Positions 46,263 through 50,920 of a DNA stretch of 50,920 nucleotides are shown one piece after another. The position numbers and the translations under genes were made by a program. The notes under the pieces were generated by a model. That model was given only the letters and a program-made list of their open reading frames with translations, did no database searches and was not told the origin of the DNA. Source of the DNA: Candidatus Zixiibacteriota bacterium (GTDB lineage: Bacteria; Zixibacteria; MSB-5A5; GN15; FEB-12); the NCBI GenBank assembly GCA_041742355.1, contig JBGSIV010000216.1:1-50920 (forward strand), in the 5' to 3' direction. Numbering within the stretch: position 1 is the first letter of the stretch; each line of letters opens with the position of its first letter.

Positions 46263-48527
46263 TCAGCAGTTGGAATAACCGCAGGATCGGCAGGCGAAGC
46301 AGCCTGCGTCGGAAATCATCGCACCGCCGCACTCCGGGCACATTTCGGCTTCCCCCGGCGCCGCCAGCCCTTTCGCGTTCCCGTCCCCGAAATGCCTGTT
46401 CAAAACCTGCGCAATAGCGTCCGGGATCGACGCCACGCGCGCCCCGCCCGAAAACGTCTGGCTCGACCCTCCAATCCCCCGCAACTGCCGGATAATCGCC
46501 TCGACCGGCACCTGGGACCGCAGTGCCAGCGAAATCAACCGGCACATCGCCTCCGTGTCGGCCATCGTCGTGTACCCCGACTTGCCGATATGTGCGAACA
46601 CCTCGAACGGACGCCCTTCCTGCACGTTGATCGTCACGTACAGATTCCCGTACCCGGTCCGGATCTTCTCGGTGATCCCCTTGAGCACCGCCGGCCGTTC
46701 CTGCACGACCGGCGCCACGGCACCGATTGGGCCACCCGCCGCCACGGCGACCGCTGCCCGTCGGCGTGCCGAGAGCACCTGGTTCGGCCGCGAATTGTCC
46801 CGGTAAATCGTAATCCCCTTCAGCCCCTGGTGGTACGCCTGCAAAAACGCCGTCCGCACCTTCTCTTTCAAGGCCGTTTCCGGGAAATTGATCGTTTTCG
46901 AGACTGAGGAATCACAGTGCTTCTGGAACTGCGCCTGCATCCGAATATGGTCCTCCGGCGATATGTCCGCCGCCGTCAGAAACACTGCCCGCACCGCTTC
47001 CGGCACCGGCTCCAGGTCCTGAATCGACCGCCGGTGCGATATTTCTTCAATCAGGCTCTCGCTGTAAAACCCGTTCCGCCGGGCCACGGCCTCGAACACG
47101 GGATTCACCTCGGCCAGCTTCGTCCCCTCCATGATGTTGCGCTCGAACGCAATCGCGTAGTAGGGCTCGATCCCCGAGGAACACCCGGCCAGGATCGAAA
47201 TGGTCCCGGTCGGCGCTACGGTCGTCACCGTGGCGTTGCGCATCGCGATATTCTCCCGCGCGTACGCCGAGTGCTCCCAGTTCGGGAAACGCCCCCGGCG
47301 TTTGGCCAGCTCGGAGGAGTGGTTTCGTGCCTCGGCCTGGACAAACTGCATCACCCGCTCGCCCAGAGCCATCGCCGGTTCGCTCGTGTATGGCACCCGG
47401 AGCTTCACAAGCATATCCGCCCAGCCCATCACCCCGAGGCCGATGCGCCGGTTGCGCTTGGTCTGCGCCTCGATCTCCGGAATGGGGAATTTGTTCTGGT
47501 CGATCACGTTGTCGAGGAAATGCACGCCCAGACGTACCGTTTCGGCCAGACGATCCCAGTCCACCCCGCCAGCGGGATCCATCGCGGTAAAATCCCCCGG
47601 CAGCGGATCCTTCACAAAATGCCCGAGGTTGATCGACCCGAGATTGCAGGAGTCATGCGGCGGCAGCGGCTGCTCCCCGCACGGATTGGTTGCTTCGATC
47701 TGTTCGTACGGATAGGTCGGATTCCCCTCGTTCATCCGGTCGATAAACACCACCCCCGGCTCCCCGGTCGCCCAGGCGTGGTCGACGATCAGGTCGAATA
47801 CCTCGCGCGCGTCCAGCCACTGCTCCTCGTCGTCCGTGACATGCACCCGCCCGGTCTGGGGATTGATCAGGGCGTACTTCTCCCCTGCCTCCACCGCCTT
47901 CATGAAGGTGTCGGTGACGGCGACCGAGATATTGAAATTGGTGAACAGGTTGGTGTCCGCTTTGCAGGCGATGAATTCTCTGATATCCGGGTGATCCACC
48001 CGCAGAATCCCCATGTTCGCCCCGCGCCGCGTCCCTCCCTGCTTGACCGCCTCGGTGGCATGGTTGAACACCCCCATGAACGACACCGGCCCCGAGGCTA
48101 CGCCGGAAGTGGTGCGCACCAGCGAGTTACGCGGACGGAGCCGTGAGAACGAGAATCCGGTCCCGCCCCCCGACTTGTGGATCAGCGCGGCCTGTTTGAC
48201 CGCTTCAAAGATCTCATCCATCGAGTCCCCCACCGGCAGCACAAAACAGGCCGATAGTTGCCCTAGCGCCCTTCCGGCGTTCATCAGGGTCGGCGAATTG
48301 GGCATGAAATCCCCGCGCGCCATGGCGTCGAAAAACCCCTGCGCCGTCCGATCTACCTGGGCGTCATCGCCGCCGTAGTTGCGGTCTGCCTCGGCAATCG
48401 CCCGGGCGACCCGCACATACAGCTCGGTCGGGGTCTCAATGACCCGCCCGCTCTTATCCTTGGTCAGATAGCGCCGCTTGAGCACCTCAAGGGCATTGGG
48501 GGTAACCTGTATCTCGCGCGTCTTCAT
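46263..48527 (-). CDS. nrdJ: Vitamin B12-dependent ribonucleotide reductase (class II) with TSCPD-like C-terminal region
   Basis: PNSPTLMNAG, LSACFVL, TNPCGEQ, APTGTIS; C-terminal CPECG...CRSCGYSNC. Confidence 0.93.
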   Translation of the reverse strand: MKTREIQVTPNALEVLKRRYLTKDKSGRVIETPTELYVRVARAIAEADRNYGGDDAQVDRTAQGFFDAMARGDFMPNSPTLMNAGRALGQLSACFVLPVGDSMDEIFEAVKQAALIHKSGGGTGFSFSRLRPRNSLVRTTSGVASGPVSFMGVFNHATEAVKQGGTRRGANMGILRVDHPDIREFIACKADTNLFTNFNISVAVTDTFMKAVEAGEKYALINPQTGRVHVTDDEEQWLDAREVFDLIVDHAWATGEPGVVFIDRMNEGNPTYPYEQIEATNPCGEQPLPPHDSCNLGSINLGHFVKDPLPGDFTAMDPAGGVDWDRLAETVRLGVHFLDNVIDQNKFPIPEIEAQTKRNRRIGLGVMGWADMLVKLRVPYTSEPAMALGERVMQFVQAEARNHSSELAKRRGRFPNWEHSAYARENIAMRNATVTTVAPTGTISILAGCSSGIEPYYAIAFERNIMEGTKLAEVNPVFEAVARRNGFYSESLIEEISHRRSIQDLEPVPEAVRAVFLTAADISPEDHIRMQAQFQKHCDSSVSKTINFPETALKEKVRTAFLQAYHQGLKGITIYRDNSRPNQVLSARRRAAVAVAAGGPIGAVAPVVQERPAVLKGITEKIRTGYGNLYVTINVQEGRPFEVFAHIGKSGYTTMADTEAMCRLISLALRSQVPVEAIIRQLRGIGGSSQTFSGGARVASIPDAIAQVLNRHFGDGNAKGLAAPGEAEMCPECGGAMISDAGCFACRSCGYSNC

Positions 48528-48668
48528 AGGGGTATTCTCCGCCTGTTCCTAGTATCGGACAACCGGCTCCTACCCATTATAACGCCCGATCCGCCCGGGG
48601 GTGCATCACATTTCGACACACCTGGATCTCAGGCTGCGCCAGGGGGTCCAGTCAGACCCGTGGTCCTC

Positions 48669-49562
48669 TCACCACCAGCGATTCCCATGGCAGCCCACGT
48701 TCCAGCAACGGCCGTCGCTGTATGCCCCCGGCCCCTGCAGGTGCACGTCTATGGCGCCGTCGACATGCTTCCGCCTGTCGACTATCTGGTTCGCCGCATC
48801 AACGATCCCGAAGTGACACCAGGAGCACTCGTAGCCCTCGCCGTACACGTGGATGCGGTGCTTGCCTCCCAGCAAGCCGGGATTCGTCCCGGCATCGTGG
48901 CACGACCCGCACGTCGCCTGCCCGGTCTCGGCCGTCCAGATCGGCGCGTTGGAGAGCTTCCCGCCGTTGAAATTGCCGTGGCAGTAGGTATCCTCGCAGG
49001 TCGCAGCCTCACGGTCCCATACCCCTTTGCCCGCCGATATCCCCCGAAACACCACCTCCGCTACCGAATCCGCCCCCAGGTGCCCGATCGACTCGATCGC
49101 CAGATACGATTTGTGACAACCGCTGCAAGGAACTCCGTCGCTCTGAAGTTCCCCCGCGAGATGGATCGTGTGCGCTCCGACCGCGATATCTGTCCGGAGC
49201 ATCTCTCCCTTGATCCCCGAGGGGGGCGCGCCATTCTTGCTGTCCACGCCGCCGTGGCACCCGCAACAGCCGAAATCCCAGCCCGGGTGGCAGCTCCCGC
49301 AGGTCACCTTGGATGTATCCGATGACACAGCGATTTCATGGCACTGCCGGCAGAAGGCGAACCCGCTGTCGGCGACAGATTCCGAATGAAACAGCTCTGA
49401 TTCTTCATCCATCCATCCGGCCGGGTGAAACAGATTCGCCGGCACCGGCCCGGTCGGATCCGAACTTGAGGAATCATCACATCCTGCGGCGAAGAAGATC
49501 CCGGCCGCCGCGACCAGCAGGGCCGTCGGCACAATCCGCCGGACCGATGAATTGACCATCAT
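48669..49562 (-). CDS. Multiheme c-type cytochrome lipoprotein (6 CxxCH + 2 CxxxxCH)
   Basis: Lipobox FAAGC; CRQCH, CGSCH, CCGCH, CSGCH, CEDTYCH, CGSCH, CSWCH, CWNVGCH. Confidence 0.9.
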   Translation of the reverse strand: MMVNSSVRRIVPTALLVAAAGIFFAAGCDDSSSSDPTGPVPANLFHPAGWMDEESELFHSESVADSGFAFCRQCHEIAVSSDTSKVTCGSCHPGWDFGCCGCHGGVDSKNGAPPSGIKGEMLRTDIAVGAHTIHLAGELQSDGVPCSGCHKSYLAIESIGHLGADSVAEVVFRGISAGKGVWDREAATCEDTYCHGNFNGGKLSNAPIWTAETGQATCGSCHDAGTNPGLLGGKHRIHVYGEGYECSWCHFGIVDAANQIVDRRKHVDGAIDVHLQGPGAYSDGRCWNVGCHGNRWW

Positions 49563-49690
49563 GCTGCACTCCCCTTCAAGCTGCCGCCGGCAGCGCGAAT
49601 TTCAGATCAAAATTTCGGATCAAATTGGTGAGACAAATCTACGATCGGCGGTTTGGCGGCGACAAGGTAAAATTCCCCCGGCCGCCGCAC

Positions 49691-49725
49691 AAAAAAAACG
49701 GGGCGGATGGATACTCCGCCCCGTT
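49691..49725 (-). terminator. Intrinsic terminator
   Basis: AACGGGGCGGA...TCCGCCCCGTT with T8 tail on minus strand. Confidence 0.85.
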
Positions 49726-49756
49726 CATAACACCTTCTCCTGCACTGCGGTGGGGG

Positions 49757-50920
49757 CTACTCTGACACCCCGAAATCATACCGGGTCTTGCTCTGGAAGG
49801 TCCCCAGCTGCGACAACACGTTTTTCAGCGTGTTCAGCTCAATCGCCGACAAGCCGGCCAAATCGATAGCATTGGTGACGATCTTCCCCTGGCGGAGCGC
49901 CCTCGCCTGCGTCCTCAACTGCAGTCCCATCAGGTAATCGTACGAGTAGAGCAGATCCCGGTAAAAGGATGAACTGAAGACGTTTGCCTGGCGCAGGCCG
50001 TGGATGCGGCCGATCGTATTTGTTTCTCCCAAGCTATGTTTCATCGCATACAGCCGTACGAGGTTGACAATCACCCGCAGCGGGCTTTTGAGATTCAGGG
50101 TCGGGCTTTGCCCATCTGCGGCATCGGTCTGGATCTTCCCGAACAACCCGAGCGGCGTCTTGTAGTTGATCCCCTCGCGGGCAAGGTGGGGCAGGAACGC
50201 GGGATTGTCGGTCAGCAGCTGCCGCACGTGTCGAGCGAGTTCGGCCACCAGCGAGGCCTCTCCGCAAACCGAGCGAAAATCGAAGAAGATCGCCGACTCC
50301 AGGAGCGCCTGCGGATCCGGTTCACGCACCCAGCCTGTGTAGTACCGCCGCCACTCCGACAGCGGCTTATTCCAGCGTGGGTTGCTTGCCATGATCTCCC
50401 CGGCGCAGTAGTTGAATCCGGTCTCGTGCAGCAGCCGGCACATCCGCGCTCCGTATTTCGCGAAGTACTCTCCGACCGCCGCCTGACGGTCGGCCGCCAC
50501 ATCCTGGTAAATGATCGCGTTGTCCTGGTCCGTCAACAGCGTCTGCTCGCACCGCCCCTCGCTGCCCAGCGCCACGAACGCGTACGGCGCCGGCGGAGCC
50601 CCCAGTTCGCGGATGACAAACTCCTCGAGCTTGCGCCGGATCGCGTCGGAGGTCCCCGTGATCGCGCTCGTGATCACCGCCGTGCGCGCTCCACTCTCGG
50701 AGAGTGCGCCCACATAGAGCGGTAATCGGCTATAGATCAGCCGCAACTCCGCCACTGTGGCCGAATCCCCGATCGCCGCCGCAAGCACCGCACTGGTGCT
50801 GTGCTGGAGATTTACGATATCCCCTTTCCGGATCGTCCCGCAAATCCGATCCTGCGCATCCCGGACACACAGGTGCTCCACACCCTTTTCCCGCATGAGG
50901 TTGACCGCCTGCGCCAACGT
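49757..50920 (-). CDS. CBS + DUF294 nucleotidyltransferase-like protein (5' end outside window)
   Basis: ALGSEGRCEQTLLTDQDNAII, IMASNPRW, IFFDFR; CBS-like N-terminus. Confidence 0.9.
   Translation of the reverse strand, partial: TLAQAVNLMREKGVEHLCVRDAQDRICGTIRKGDIVNLQHSTSAVLAAAIGDSATVAELRLIYSRLPLYVGALSESGARTAVITSAITGTSDAIRRKLEEFVIRELGAPPAPYAFVALGSEGRCEQTLLTDQDNAIIYQDVAADRQAAVGEYFAKYGARMCRLLHETGFNYCAGEIMASNPRWNKPLSEWRRYYTGWVREPDPQALLESAIFFDFRSVCGEASLVAELARHVRQLLTDNPAFLPHLAREGINYKTPLGLFGKIQTDAADGQSPTLNLKSPLRVIVNLVRLYAMKHSLGETNTIGRIHGLRQANVFSSSFYRDLLYSYDYLMGLQLRTQARALRQGKIVTNAIDLAGLSAIELNTLKNVLSQLGTFQSKTRYDFGVSE

Noticed and set aside
48528..48668. NrdR box or cobalamin riboswitch upstream of nrdJ
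   Set aside because: No convincing palindrome or B12-box match.
1..50920. CRISPR array, IS element, prophage or integrase at tRNA-Ala
   Set aside because: No regularly spaced repeats, transposase or integrase ORFs, or duplicated tRNA 3' end seen.

Overview
GC-rich bacterial chromosomal segment with no mobile element, CRISPR array or rRNA. Repeated 'SDLTYLVxYLFxxG' dockerin-like modules, T9SS-type C-terminal sorting domains and a PorV-family gene suggest candidate phylum Zixibacteria or an FCB-related lineage (inference only). Housekeeping genes: dnaX-ybaB-recR, tRNA-Ala(CGC) with large SRP RNA, sthA, rmuC, acpS-pyrE and class II RNR nrdJ. Secreted or surface proteins: an M6 metalloprotease (partial, missing from the ORF track), a six-C-type-lectin/cohesin-like/dockerin/T9SS protein, a frameshifted S8 protease, a LamG-hydrolase-dockerin protein, a repeat-dockerin protein and an octaheme lipoprotein. 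Most notable: (1) back-to-back sigma28-like promoters (TCAAG-N14-GCCGATAC) driving a TonB receptor/T9SS cargo/PorV operon and an SBP/kinase/receiver phosphorelay operon; (2) a stand-alone ~190-nt structured ncRNA with its own promoter and terminator (6S-like or new); (3) an A10 slippage site in dnaX with early stops in both alternative frames; (4) a possible non-cellulosomal cohesin-dockerin surface system. All calls were made by eye, without database searches.
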